DNA from: Chlorobium phaeobacteroides | Lineage (GTDB): Bacteria; Bacteroidota; Chlorobiia; Chlorobiales; Chlorobiaceae | Assembly (NCBI GenBank): GCA_016776555.1 | Contig: JADHTF010000002.1 | Span: 63,857-127,856, forward strand | Direction: 5' to 3' | DNA length: 64,000 bases | Shown: in pieces, positions 10,008 through 19,312 of the stretch | Layout: each line of letters starts with the position of its first letter | Numbering within the stretch: position 1 is the first letter of the stretch | Position numbers and translations under genes: made by a program | Notes under the pieces: model-generated | What the model was told of the DNA's origin: nothing | What the model saw: only the letters and a program-made list of their open reading frames with translations | Database searches by the model: none

Positions 10008-10571
10008 ATGGTCCTTGTCATAGATAATTACGATTCCTTCACCTATAACCTTGTGCAGTACATGGGCGAACTCGGCGCAGATGTCGATGTTGCGCGCAAC
10101 GATGAGGTTACGGTGGCGGATGTTCTTGACCGGAAACCTGAAAAAATAGTGATTTCTCCGGGTCCCGGAACTCCTGAGAACGCGGGTATATCGGTGCAGC
10201 TGATCAGGTCGGTCGAAGGGCGAATACCCCTTCTCGGAGTCTGTCTGGGGCATCAGGCAATAGGAGAGGCGCTGGGAGGAAAGGTGGTTCGGGCACGTGA
10301 TATCATGCATGGCAAGACCTCTCTGATTTATCATGATAACCAGGGAATATTCGCAGGCATTGACAATCCCTTTATCGCGACCCGTTATCACTCTCTTATT
10401 GTCGAAAGAGAAACGCTGCCTGAGGAGCTCACCGTCAGAGCCTGGACGGAAGACAGGATTATCATGGGAATGGATTGCCGTTCTTTGAATCTCTACGGGG
10501 TGCAGTTTCATCCTGAGTCAATCATGACCCGGGAGGGGAAACAGATTATCAGAAATTTTCTTGACCTTTGA
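10008..10571 (+). CDS. trpG: Anthranilate/aminodeoxychorismate synthase component II (glutamine amidotransferase, TrpG/PabA)
   Basis: IDNYDSFTYNL, SPGPG, GVCLGHQ, RYHSL, GVQFHPES. Confidence 0.85.
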   Translation: MVLVIDNYDSFTYNLVQYMGELGADVDVARNDEVTVADVLDRKPEKIVISPGPGTPENAGISVQLIRSVEGRIPLLGVCLGHQAIGEALGGKVVRARDIMHGKTSLIYHDNQGIFAGIDNPFIATRYHSLIVERETLPEELTVRAWTEDRIIMGMDCRSLNLYGVQFHPESIMTREGKQIIRNFLDL

Positions 10572-10577
10572 AATCAC

Positions 10578-11315
10578 ATGCCTGCTACAGTGAAAAAATC
10601 CGATAGAAAGGATGTGGTGAGCGGTAAAGTACTGCCTCCCGATAAAGAATTTTCTCTCCAGACCGATTTTGCCGGTGACGGGTGGAGGGTGTTCAAGATC
10701 ATGGCTGAATTTGTGAGCGGGTTTGAAAAAATGTCAGATATCGGTCCGTCGGTAAGTGTTTTCGGTTCGACAAGGCTGGATTCCGGGACCCCTGACTACA
10801 TTCTTGCAGAACGTATGGGCAGGCTTCTCGCGGAAGAAGGTTTTTCGGTGATAACAGGGGGAGGGCCCGGCGCGATGGAAGCGGCCAACAAGGGGGCTCA
10901 GGAGGCAGGGGGCGTATCAATAGGTTTCAATATTGAACTGCCTAATCAACAGAGCCCCAACCTGTATATCGATCGTGACAGGATCCTGACCTTTCAGTAC
11001 TTTTTTGTTCGCAAGGTTATGTTTTTGAAATATTCGCAGGCATTTATCGTGCTTCCCGGAGGATTTGGTACCATGGACGAATTTTTCGAGGCAGCCACAA
11101 TCATACAGACCGGGAAAAGCAGCCGTTTTCCGGTGATCTTGATGGGAAGCGACTACTGGGAGGGTTTCTACACATGGATGCAGGAGAAGATGTGTAAAGA
11201 AAAAAAATATATCTCGAACAAAGAGCTGGATATTTTGTTTATGGAGGATGATCCGGACCGGGTGATCGGGATTATCAAAAGTTTTTATCCGGAAGGCTAC
11301 AAGCTGAATTTCTGA
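10578..11315 (+). CDS. LOG family (TIGR00730-type) nucleotide monophosphate nucleosidase
   Basis: ITGGGPGAMEAANKGA, FFVRKVMF, PGGFGTMDE. Confidence 0.88.
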   Translation: MPATVKKSDRKDVVSGKVLPPDKEFSLQTDFAGDGWRVFKIMAEFVSGFEKMSDIGPSVSVFGSTRLDSGTPDYILAERMGRLLAEEGFSVITGGGPGAMEAANKGAQEAGGVSIGFNIELPNQQSPNLYIDRDRILTFQYFFVRKVMFLKYSQAFIVLPGGFGTMDEFFEAATIIQTGKSSRFPVILMGSDYWEGFYTWMQEKMCKEKKYISNKELDILFMEDDPDRVIGIIKSFYPEGYKLNF

Positions 11316-11610
11316 AGCACGCTCCGATGGTGATCAGCAGGTTATCGATTGTTCTGCTTTGCAGTCCGGAATGGTTGACCGGCATGATGTTGAGATTTCG
11401 GGTGAGTATCTGCCGGAACGAGAGCGTTCGGAATGATTTGTCGAGGATCAAAAAAAAGGGGCGACCGGAAACAGTTCTTTTGTGTTATACTACTGTGTCT
11501 GGAAGTCGGGCGGAACAGAATCCAGGCTGACTCCGGAGTCGGGTAGTTCTCCGGTTAGACGTGATACAGGAGATGTACCCGGACTGATGGTCTTGGGATC
11601 GTATAACTGG

Positions 11611-11633
11611 TAACAATTGTTATTTCCGGAAAT
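11611..11633. promoter_or_regulatory. Two abutting palindromes upstream of the HTH regulator (candidate operator)
   Basis: TAACAATTGTTA (11611-11622) and ATTTCCGGAAAT (11622-11633). Confidence 0.3.
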
Positions 11634-11702
11634 CATGTGCTGTATGTCTTAATTTGACGGCATCGATGCTGTTTGCACTATTCAACTAAAAGAGAAAATA
11701 TT

Positions 11703-12056
11703 GTGGTATTTCCATGTGAAAGAGCCGTTTGGTACAATCTTCCCCAGATAAGGGCGGATATCGCCGTAGGGCTGGTTAAGTCAGGGATGACCCAGTCCCA
11801 GGCAGCAAAAAAGCTTGGTGTGACTCCTGCGGCTGTCTCGCAGTATATGAATAAAAAGAGAGGTCAGCAGGCGGTGAAAAGCAAGTCATATAAAGAGGAG
11901 ATAGCGGTAGCCGTTGAGAGAATAGCTGAAGGAGCGAATGCCAGGGAGTTGCAATCTCTTGTCTGTAAATGCTGTCAGATTATAACAGCTGAAACAACCG
12001 GGGAGAGCAGCCTTTGCGAGGATAAAACGTCAAAGGAACAGGATTCGGATGGGTAG
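11703..12056 (+). CDS. Predicted transcriptional regulator, XRE-like HTH (COG2522-like)
   Basis: PCERAVWYNLPQIRADIA...MTQSQAAKKLGVTPAAVSQYMNKKRG...CKCC; GTG start at 11703 inferred. Confidence 0.75.
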   Translation: MVFPCERAVWYNLPQIRADIAVGLVKSGMTQSQAAKKLGVTPAAVSQYMNKKRGQQAVKSKSYKEEIAVAVERIAEGANARELQSLVCKCCQIITAETTGESSLCEDKTSKEQDSDG

Positions 12057-13275
12057 CAAAGAAGTCAAAGCGTCCCTTGACGCGTGGTCGTTCAAAGAGG
12101 CATTTCTGTTTTCTGCGGGTGTTGTTGTAACCGGTTTTGTCGTCGAGATCGCGGGAGGTTCACAGGGCGTGGCATTGCCTTCGTGGCCCTTGAACTTCAT
12201 CATACTCCTCCTGTTGGCGGCCAATATCGTTCTTGCCGGCCTTCTCCTGAGAAAGAGCCCGTTTGTTCTCTGGCTTGGGGGGATACCGGTCGGACTCGGT
12301 CTCATAGCTGCGCTTGCCCTGTTGTCATTCTTCGGCGGGGTCCTGCCCCAGGAAGCGGGAAAAGGGGCGTTATGGACGCAAAAGCTTCGGCTCAACGGGG
12401 TTTTTTCCAGCTGGCCATTCGCATTGACGGTCTTTTTTTTTCTTGTCAATCTCGGTCTCTCGCTTGTCTGGAAACTCTTCCCTTTCAAGGCGTCGAACCT
12501 CCAGTTTATACTGTTTCACGCAGGCTTCTGGATGGCGCTTGCGTGTGGCGTTATGGGCGCGGCAGATCTGCAGAGAGTCATTATTCCTCTCTATGAAGGC
12601 CGTTCCACCGCAAAAGCATACTCCCGTTCCAACGCCATGATAGATCTTCCTTTTTCTCTCTATCTTCAGGATTTTGAGATGCAGGAATACGAGCCGCAGC
12701 TTGCGCTGTTCGATCCGGATAATGACCGGCTTGAGATAGACGAACTCCTTTCGAACCAGAGTATTGCAGAAGGAATGGTCACTGTGTTGGGTGATCTGGA
12801 AGTACGGGTGGAGAAGTATTTTCCTTTCGCGATGAAAGATGAAAAGGGAAATCCGGTTCCGGTTTCTGCCGATAAGGGTGTTTCCTATGTGAAGATATCG
12901 GGAACCCATGCCGGAAAGGCCTTTTCCGGATGGGTCAGTACCGGGAGTCCGTTTGAGCGCCCCGCGTTTGTCACTGTTGAAAACAGGCTTCTTGTGCTGG
13001 TTCCCGGTTCCCCGAAAAAGTTTCGATCACAGGTGACTATCCGAACAGGTAAGGATGAGGACTCCCGGTCCGTAGCGCTGGAAGTGAACAGTCCGAAGAG
13101 TGTCATGGGCTGGAAGTTATACCAGATGGGATATGACGAGAAATCCGGCAGATGGTCGAGCCTCAGCCTTGTCGAAGGGGTAAAAGACCCCTGGCTTCCT
13201 GCGGTCTATCTCGGTTTTTTTATGATCATGGCAGGCAACGCGATTTTTTTCTGGAAAGGGATCAGGAAAAAATAG
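12049..13275 (+). CDS. Cytochrome c biogenesis protein ResB/Ccs1 (CcsB) family
   Basis: N-terminal TM helices, conserved His (FHAGFW), large soluble domain, YQMGYD...DPW..VYLG C-terminal TM; upstream of ccsA. Confidence 0.8.
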   Translation: MGSKEVKASLDAWSFKEAFLFSAGVVVTGFVVEIAGGSQGVALPSWPLNFIILLLLAANIVLAGLLLRKSPFVLWLGGIPVGLGLIAALALLSFFGGVLPQEAGKGALWTQKLRLNGVFSSWPFALTVFFFLVNLGLSLVWKLFPFKASNLQFILFHAGFWMALACGVMGAADLQRVIIPLYEGRSTAKAYSRSNAMIDLPFSLYLQDFEMQEYEPQLALFDPDNDRLEIDELLSNQSIAEGMVTVLGDLEVRVEKYFPFAMKDEKGNPVPVSADKGVSYVKISGTHAGKAFSGWVSTGSPFERPAFVTVENRLLVLVPGSPKKFRSQVTIRTGKDEDSRSVALEVNSPKSVMGWKLYQMGYDEKSGRWSSLSLVEGVKDPWLPAVYLGFFMIMAGNAIFFWKGIRKK

Positions 13276-13283
13276 GGAGGGAG

Positions 13284-13339
13284 TGTTGATTTGTTGAATT
13301 GTTTAGGTGTTGAATTGTTGCGTTGATGAGGTGCTGCAT
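13284..13339. repeat. Degenerate 8-mer tandem array (TGTTGAAT-type), 7 units
   Basis: TGTTGATT TGTTGAAT TGTTTAGG TGTTGAAT TGTTGCGT TGATGAGG TGCTGCAT. Confidence 0.7.
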
Positions 13340-13481
13340 CACAAAAGAGGGGGCGCCTGATGATTGAGAAGTGAAGTCAATGTTTCGTGGGAGAAGGCTG
13401 GTCAGCGAAGTGTTTCCGGATTGTAACCGGAGGTGACAATTTTTATTGTGGTAAAGAGAGGGAATCTGGAGGATAGGTGTT

Positions 13482-14276
13482 ATGACCTGGGTTGAATTTC
13501 CATATGTTGCTCTCAGCGCGATGGCGTGCTGGGGGGGAGGCAGTCTGTTAGGTGTTTTTTCGGAAAAGCGGCAGGCTCTGAAAATTACGGGTACTGTACT
13601 GATGCTCGGAGGAACCGCCATCATGTTTTTATTTCTTGTGGCTTTCTGGTCAGAGCTCGATCGTCCTCCATTACGAACGCTCGGGGAAACCCGCCTCTGG
13701 TACGCTACCTTGATTCCCGTTGTCGGTTTTCTTGTGGAGTATCGATGGAATGTTCGATGGTTGAAGTACTACTGCATGGCTTTGGCCGCGTTTTTTCTTG
13801 TAATCAATCTTCTCCATCCTGATGTGTATGACAGGAGCCTGATGCCGGCTTTGCAGAGCGCGTGGTTTGTTCCTCATGTGGTTGTCTATCTTGTCGGTTA
13901 CGTTCTGCTCGCCGCATCTTCTGCCGCGGCCTGGCACAATCTTATCCGGCGCAGACGCCCTCTGGAAACCGACGGAGAGTCTCTGAGTCACTATCTGGCT
14001 TTGCTTGGTTTTGTTTTTCTTACGTTCGGGCTTGTGTTTGGCGCACTCTGGGCAAAAGAAGCCTGGGGGCATTACTGGACATGGGATCCCAAAGAGACCT
14101 GGGCGCTGATCGCCTGGCTGGTCTATCTTGGTTATTTGCACGCGACTGCGGTAAACGTTGACAGGAACCGGCTGCAGTGGTATCTTGCTCTGGCTTTTCT
14201 TGTCCTTCTCGTCAGCTGGTTTGGCGTGAACTACCTGCCGTCAGCCCAGAACAGTGTGCATAGCTATCAATCGTGA
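13482..14276 (+). CDS. ccsA: Cytochrome c biogenesis protein CcsA/ResC
   Basis: WWD domain GALWAKEAWGHYWTWDPKETWA, PALQSAWFVPHV, C-terminal HSY. Confidence 0.92.
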   Translation: MTWVEFPYVALSAMACWGGGSLLGVFSEKRQALKITGTVLMLGGTAIMFLFLVAFWSELDRPPLRTLGETRLWYATLIPVVGFLVEYRWNVRWLKYYCMALAAFFLVINLLHPDVYDRSLMPALQSAWFVPHVVVYLVGYVLLAASSAAAWHNLIRRRRPLETDGESLSHYLALLGFVFLTFGLVFGALWAKEAWGHYWTWDPKETWALIAWLVYLGYLHATAVNVDRNRLQWYLALAFLVLLVSWFGVNYLPSAQNSVHSYQS

Positions 14277-14337
14277 TGCAACCGGTAGAGTCGCAGCGAA
14301 GTTACAAGAAAACAGTTCCTGTTGTCTCTCCCGGCGT

Positions 14338-14369
14338 CAACGATTCAACAGCTCAACAAATCAACAGTC
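14338..14369. repeat. Degenerate 8-mer array, reverse orientation of the 13284 array
   Basis: CAACGATT CAACAGCT CAACAAAT CAACAGTC. Confidence 0.55.
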
Positions 14370-14380
14370 TTCTCACACTC

Positions 14381-16507
14381 ATGTCACTCCAACGGTTTAC
14401 ATTGCTGTTATCATGTATCGCACTCTGTCTTCTTGCATGCAGCTCACCGCTTCATGCGGGATTGTTCGGTGACGATCAGCCTGTTGAAGCTGAAGCGTTT
14501 CTTGTCGGGAATTCTTCCGGGGAAGGGCTTCTTGCGGCTGTTCATCTGAAGATAGAAGAGGGCTGGCACGTCTACTGGAAGAACCCCGGAGAGGCAGGGA
14601 TGCCTGTGGAGATAGTATGGGAGCTTCCCGAGGGGTTTCGCTCACTTCCTGTCGAGTATCCTTTTCCGGAGCGGTTCGAGTCAGGGGGGATTACAGGGTT
14701 TGGCTACAGGGATGAGGTTGTCCTTTTTTCCAGAATTGTTCCTGAAAAACCATCTGATAACCGTATTTTTCCCCGAAGCGGCTTTCCCCTGAAGGCTGAA
14801 GTGTCATGGTTGTCATGCAAGGAGGTCTGTATTCCGGGTTCGGTTTCTCTGGATCTGGAAGCGGATTCCTCAAGTCAGGCGAACAGGGATCTCGCCGCGA
14901 AGTTTCTCGGGAGGATTCCCCTGAAGGGGGATGCGTCACTTGTCGTAGAGCGTATTGCCGCAGTGCGAGAGGACGGCTCCGGTTTTCTTGAAATTGATTT
15001 TTCCGGTCCGGATGCCCGGAACGTGAAAGATTTCTTTCCCCTGTATCCGGAAAAAGGTATTGACATCAAAGGCACTACGGTTCAGGGCGGGTCGGTACAA
15101 CTGCCCTTGAGCGCTGAAGAGGCTCCCGAACGCCTCAAGGGTGTTGTCGTCACAGAGCGCAGCGCGTATGTTGTCGATGCCGGGGTTGATTCCGGGGAGG
15201 CGGTTCCGGCCTCATCGGCTGTTTCCGGTTCGCTTCCCGTAATGCTCGGACTTGCGTTTTTGGGGGGGATTCTCCTGAACGTCATGCCGTGTGTGCTGCC
15301 CGTCATCGGGTTGAAGGTGTTCAGTCTTGTCGGCAGTGACCCGTTGGCTTCAGGCGGGCATTCGCGAAAAACCGGCCGCGTTCACAGTCTTGTCTTTGCT
15401 GCGGGAGTGCTGTTGTCTTTCTGGGTACTTGCCGCCTTTGTCTGGGGGCTGCAGGGTATGGGGCAGCAGATAGGATGGGGATTTCAGTTTCAGTCTCCCG
15501 TATTCGTCATGTTCATCGCCGCGATTGTTTTTGCTTTCAGTCTGAACCTTTTCGGTCTCTTTGAACTCGGCGCTCCGGTTGTGTCCGGTAAAATCGGCAG
15601 CGTCGCCTTGCATCACGATGTTCTCGGGTCGTTTGTCAGCGGCGTTCTGGCAACCACCCTTGCGACACCATGTACGGCTCCTTTTCTCGGAACCGCTCTC
15701 GGATTTGCCTTCGTTCAGCCCGTATGGGTGGTCTTTCTTTTTTTTACGGTTATCGCCGTGGGTATGGCCGCTCCCTATGTGATACTTGCATGGCATCCTG
15801 CATGGCTGAAGCTTCTTCCGAAACCGGGACACTGGATGTTTGTCTTTAAACAGTTGATGGGTTTTATCCTTGTTGCCGTGGTGGTATGGCTTGCCGCTAT
15901 ACTCAACGCGCAGGCCGGAAGCGACGGCATGTTCAGTCTTCTTCTTCTGTTGTTTGTCATTGCCTTTTGCCTGTGGATTGTCGGAAGTCTGACGGCTCAC
16001 GGAGCTTCAATGCGGAAACAGCTTGTCGTCTGGGCAGCGGCTCTTGTTTTTATGACAGGAGCATTTCTGATACTCATATCCGATATCGGGAGCGGAGCAA
16101 AACAGGGGATTGAGGCTGACCGTTCGGGATTGAGCGCAGCCGGTGACAACAACGGTGCGTTGTGGCAGGAGTTTTCCCCTTCCCTCTTCGAGGAACTGCT
16201 TGAAAAGAAAAAAACGGTCTTTCTGGAATTTACGGCCGACTGGTGTATAACCTGCAAGGTGCTTGAGGCAAGCGTCCTGGGTAATAACGATGTTGTCGAA
16301 GCGCTGCATCGACCGGATGTCGCGGCAGTCAGGGCTGACTGGACGTCAAGGGACGATGCGGTCACTGCGCTGATGCAGCGGTTCGGCAGATCCGGAGTCC
16401 CTCTGTTTGTAATCATTCCTCACGGTGAACTTGATCGCGCTGTTGTCCTGCCTGAAGTGGTGACAGTCGATATGCTGCTCAGGGAACTTGAACGGGCGAG
16501 AGAATAA
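14381..16507 (+). CDS. dsbD: Thiol:disulfide interchange protein DsbD family (N-domain, TM domain, thioredoxin domain)
   Basis: WHVYWKNPG, CKEVC, MPCVLP, TPCTAP, ADWCITC; signal peptide begins at ATG 14381; the longer ORF start runs through repeat DNA. Confidence 0.85.
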   Translation: MSLQRFTLLLSCIALCLLACSSPLHAGLFGDDQPVEAEAFLVGNSSGEGLLAAVHLKIEEGWHVYWKNPGEAGMPVEIVWELPEGFRSLPVEYPFPERFESGGITGFGYRDEVVLFSRIVPEKPSDNRIFPRSGFPLKAEVSWLSCKEVCIPGSVSLDLEADSSSQANRDLAAKFLGRIPLKGDASLVVERIAAVREDGSGFLEIDFSGPDARNVKDFFPLYPEKGIDIKGTTVQGGSVQLPLSAEEAPERLKGVVVTERSAYVVDAGVDSGEAVPASSAVSGSLPVMLGLAFLGGILLNVMPCVLPVIGLKVFSLVGSDPLASGGHSRKTGRVHSLVFAAGVLLSFWVLAAFVWGLQGMGQQIGWGFQFQSPVFVMFIAAIVFAFSLNLFGLFELGAPVVSGKIGSVALHHDVLGSFVSGVLATTLATPCTAPFLGTALGFAFVQPVWVVFLFFTVIAVGMAAPYVILAWHPAWLKLLPKPGHWMFVFKQLMGFILVAVVVWLAAILNAQAGSDGMFSLLLLLFVIAFCLWIVGSLTAHGASMRKQLVVWAAALVFMTGAFLILISDIGSGAKQGIEADRSGLSAAGDNNGALWQEFSPSLFEELLEKKKTVFLEFTADWCITCKVLEASVLGNNDVVEALHRPDVAAVRADWTSRDDAVTALMQRFGRSGVPLFVIIPHGELDRAVVLPEVVTVDMLLRELERARE

Positions 16508-16525
16508 GGCGAGGACGCGTGCCGG

Positions 16526-18217
16526 TCAAAGCTCCAGAATGATATGGGACTCGGAAGAATGTGCGCGCAGCATCGTCGCAAACGCATCAAGAATTCCCCA
16601 GCCGTATTTATTGAGGTAATAGAAAATGTTGATCACCCTTTCCTGGGGAAGATCTTCGGGAAAGATGCCTGCTGCCGCCTTGTCGAGCTGCGCGACGAGC
16701 TCATCATGCTTTCTTCTGCCGGCCCGGTGGGTTTTCTGGCGAATACCTGTCATGACCTTCTCGATCTGTACCAGCGATCCGGCGAGGACCTGCTCAAGGT
16801 TCGGGTCAAGTTTTCCCAGAGTGGGGGAGAGCGCCTCGAGCTCTGCGAGGATATTCTTTTCCGTTCTGTCGAGGAGTGTATCGAAATCATGGTTTTCAGC
16901 TCCTGAAATAGCCTTTTTCTGCAGAATGCGGAGATCGTGAAACGCCGTGTGATAGAGCTGTTTTCTTGACTGGGTCAGTCGTCCGGTTTTCTGCAGTACC
17001 TTGTCCATGGTTCTTCTGACTGCAGGTTCGATGAGGGTAAAGCTTCCTCTCGGGATGATAAAAGGCATTTTCAATCCGAAATGTTCATAGGTTTTCCGGT
17101 ACTGAGCCATATAGCTTATTTCGCCCGGACCCGCGATGTATGCAAAAGTCGGCAGGACGTGGTCCTGTACTACAGGACGCAGTATGACATTGGGACTGAA
17201 TCTTTCAGGGTGATCGTCGCACATTTCCAGAATCTGATGTCTTGAATAGCGGTGTCTGTCCGGGACAATGCTGAACGAGTCAGCTGATGACTGCTCGATT
17301 TTCATCCGCTGGTCATGATGGTTCACGTAAAACAGGTTGACCGCACGCGGCTTTACCTGTGTCTGATAACCCATGTTTTCAAGCAGTGAGCTCTGTTCGA
17401 TTATTGTGTGTGAGGTGTGCGGGCAGGTGGCCAGTTCCCGATAGTAGATCTCTTTTGCAAGATTCTTGAAATCCGGATCACTTGCCGAGAGAAAAATGAG
17501 CGGGTAATCCTTGAAAAGATGCGCCATCGTCTTTCCGAAGGCAAGTTCAAGAGAGCTGTCGGGGGTATAGATTTCCTGCAGCATGGAAACAATCTGCTCC
17601 CGGTAGTCGCTTTCCTGAAGCATCGAGGTAAAGTCGGAGAGCGTATCGGTTATTCCGGGCCCCATGGCTGAGCGGCTGACCATCTGGCCCGGGAGTCGTT
17701 TCCATGGATCGAGGGAGACCTGTTGTATCTGTCCGGCATCAATAATCGACGTTGTCGCTGACTCTTCGAAATCATGATCTTCACCTTCGATCCAGAAGAG
17801 CGGGATGAAATCGTACTCAGGAAACATGGCTTTCTGTCTTTCGGCAACAATCACCGCGGTAAGGGCTTTATATATGGAATAGAGAGGCCCTGTGAACAGT
17901 CCGGGCTGCTGGCCCGTAATCACGAACATGCATCGTGGCGACAGGGCTTTTTCAATCGATTCGAGATGCTTTGCCGCGGTTCCGAACCGCCTGTTCTGGC
18001 GGATGAGAAGCTCTGCGAGTTCCTTGCGCCTGAAGCTCCTTGAAACGAGAGTGTTCAGGTGCTTGTAGTAGTCTGCCTCCTTGAGATAATCGAAGTGAAA
18101 AAACTTTTCTGTCAGCTTGTCATGCATCTGTCCCTCATGGGAGTAGTCATTGAAAAGTCCGGAAAAGCCCTTTTTCGGGGTTTGTATGTCCCGGTAGTCA
18201 ATCAGGAAAGTATTCAC
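16526..18217 (-). CDS. bshC: Bacillithiol biosynthesis cysteine-adding enzyme BshC
   Basis: TGQQPGLFTGPLYSIYKA, FWIEGEDHD, SPNVILRP, GPGEISY, QER. Confidence 0.92.
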   Translation of the reverse strand: MNTFLIDYRDIQTPKKGFSGLFNDYSHEGQMHDKLTEKFFHFDYLKEADYYKHLNTLVSRSFRRKELAELLIRQNRRFGTAAKHLESIEKALSPRCMFVITGQQPGLFTGPLYSIYKALTAVIVAERQKAMFPEYDFIPLFWIEGEDHDFEESATTSIIDAGQIQQVSLDPWKRLPGQMVSRSAMGPGITDTLSDFTSMLQESDYREQIVSMLQEIYTPDSSLELAFGKTMAHLFKDYPLIFLSASDPDFKNLAKEIYYRELATCPHTSHTIIEQSSLLENMGYQTQVKPRAVNLFYVNHHDQRMKIEQSSADSFSIVPDRHRYSRHQILEMCDDHPERFSPNVILRPVVQDHVLPTFAYIAGPGEISYMAQYRKTYEHFGLKMPFIIPRGSFTLIEPAVRRTMDKVLQKTGRLTQSRKQLYHTAFHDLRILQKKAISGAENHDFDTLLDRTEKNILAELEALSPTLGKLDPNLEQVLAGSLVQIEKVMTGIRQKTHRAGRRKHDELVAQLDKAAAGIFPEDLPQERVINIFYYLNKYGWGILDAFATMLRAHSSESHIILEL

Positions 18218-18220
18218 GGT

Positions 18221-19012
18221 CTACCTGTTAAGTTTCCAGCGTCTTAATGCTTTCAGTGCGCTGTGATTTGTCATATCTATGGAAACGGGTGTTATCGCTA
18301 CATAGTGCTGTTTCACGGCATATTCATCATACAGCATCTCATTATCCAGAAGTTGCAGCTCTCCGCTCAGCCAGTAGTAGGGATTTCCATACATGTCCTC
18401 ACGCTCTATGGTGTTTTCCGCCCAGCGGGATTTTCCCTGGGCGGTAATCGCAACCCCCCTGACAGCACTTTCAGGAAGGTTAGGGATGTTTACCGAAAGA
18501 ATGGTGTCCGGCGGAAGACCTTCCCGCAGAACCTTTCTTGCCAGCTTGCGGGCGAACTTGCCAGCATAGGTGAAATCAGCATCTTTATAGGTGGCGAGCG
18601 AAAAAGCAAGTGAGGGGACATACTGAATGACCCCTTCAAGCGCTGCGCCCAGGGTTCCGGAATAGAGCGTATTGGTAGCTGTGTTGCTTCCATAGTTGAT
18701 GCCGCTGACAATAAGGTCCGGTTTTTCAGGTAAAATGTGGTTCAAGGCTACTTTTATACAATCCACCGGAGTGCCGGAGACGCTATAACCGAAAAAACGG
18801 TTGTTTTTGGTCTGTTTGTTGATTCTGATCGGTACGCCGAGGGTCATGGCATGAGCCATTCCGCTGCGGGGTTCGCTGGGGGCTACGACCGTAACGGTTC
18901 CGATTTTTCTCATGGAGGCCGCAAGGACGTGCAGCCCTTCAGCGTCGATGCCGTCGTCATTGCATACCAGTATGTGAGGCTTTTTCCCCGAACCGGTGTT
19001 CTGTGCTTCCAT
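18221..19012 (-). CDS. surE: 5'/3'-nucleotidase SurE
   Basis: [26 protein letters not shown]. Confidence 0.95.
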   Translation of the reverse strand: MEAQNTGSGKKPHILVCNDDGIDAEGLHVLAASMRKIGTVTVVAPSEPRSGMAHAMTLGVPIRINKQTKNNRFFGYSVSGTPVDCIKVALNHILPEKPDLIVSGINYGSNTATNTLYSGTLGAALEGVIQYVPSLAFSLATYKDADFTYAGKFARKLARKVLREGLPPDTILSVNIPNLPESAVRGVAITAQGKSRWAENTIEREDMYGNPYYWLSGELQLLDNEMLYDEYAVKQHYVAITPVSIDMTNHSALKALRRWKLNR

Positions 19013-19092
19013 GATGTTTCAGCTGGTTGCAGGTTTTACGAGCGGCAGACAAGATACAAAAAATCGGAACCTTGCGGAGCGCTTCAACAGAT

Positions 19093-19237
19093 GGGCACCT
19101 CTATTTATTTATTCCGTGATGCAATTGCTTCGTTGAGCGGTGCTCGAAATCCTCATGTACGTTGTGTACACTCCGGTTTCTGCGCTCCGTTCGCCTCGCA
19201 CTTGAACCGCTCAACTCAGGAATAAATAGAGGTACCC
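19093..19237. mobile_element. MITE-like palindromic element (145 bp) with candidate 4 bp target duplication
   Basis: Terminal IRs GGGCACCTCTATTTATT / AATAAATAGAGGTACCC, inner IR GTTGAGCGGT / ACCGCTCAAC, AGAT on both flanks. Confidence 0.7.
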
Positions 19238-19312
19238 AGATGCTGCTTTCAATGCCGGCACGCATTCTTCGGCATGCGCGGCAATCGCTCGATTCAGGTG
19301 GAGCTGTGTCGT

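Noticed and set aside
14273-14380. Long N-terminal extensions in the ORF track (dsbD here; also gcvT, thyX, lemA, SDR)
   Set aside because: Downstream starts fit the signal peptide, RBS or family N-terminus better; several extensions run through repeat DNA.
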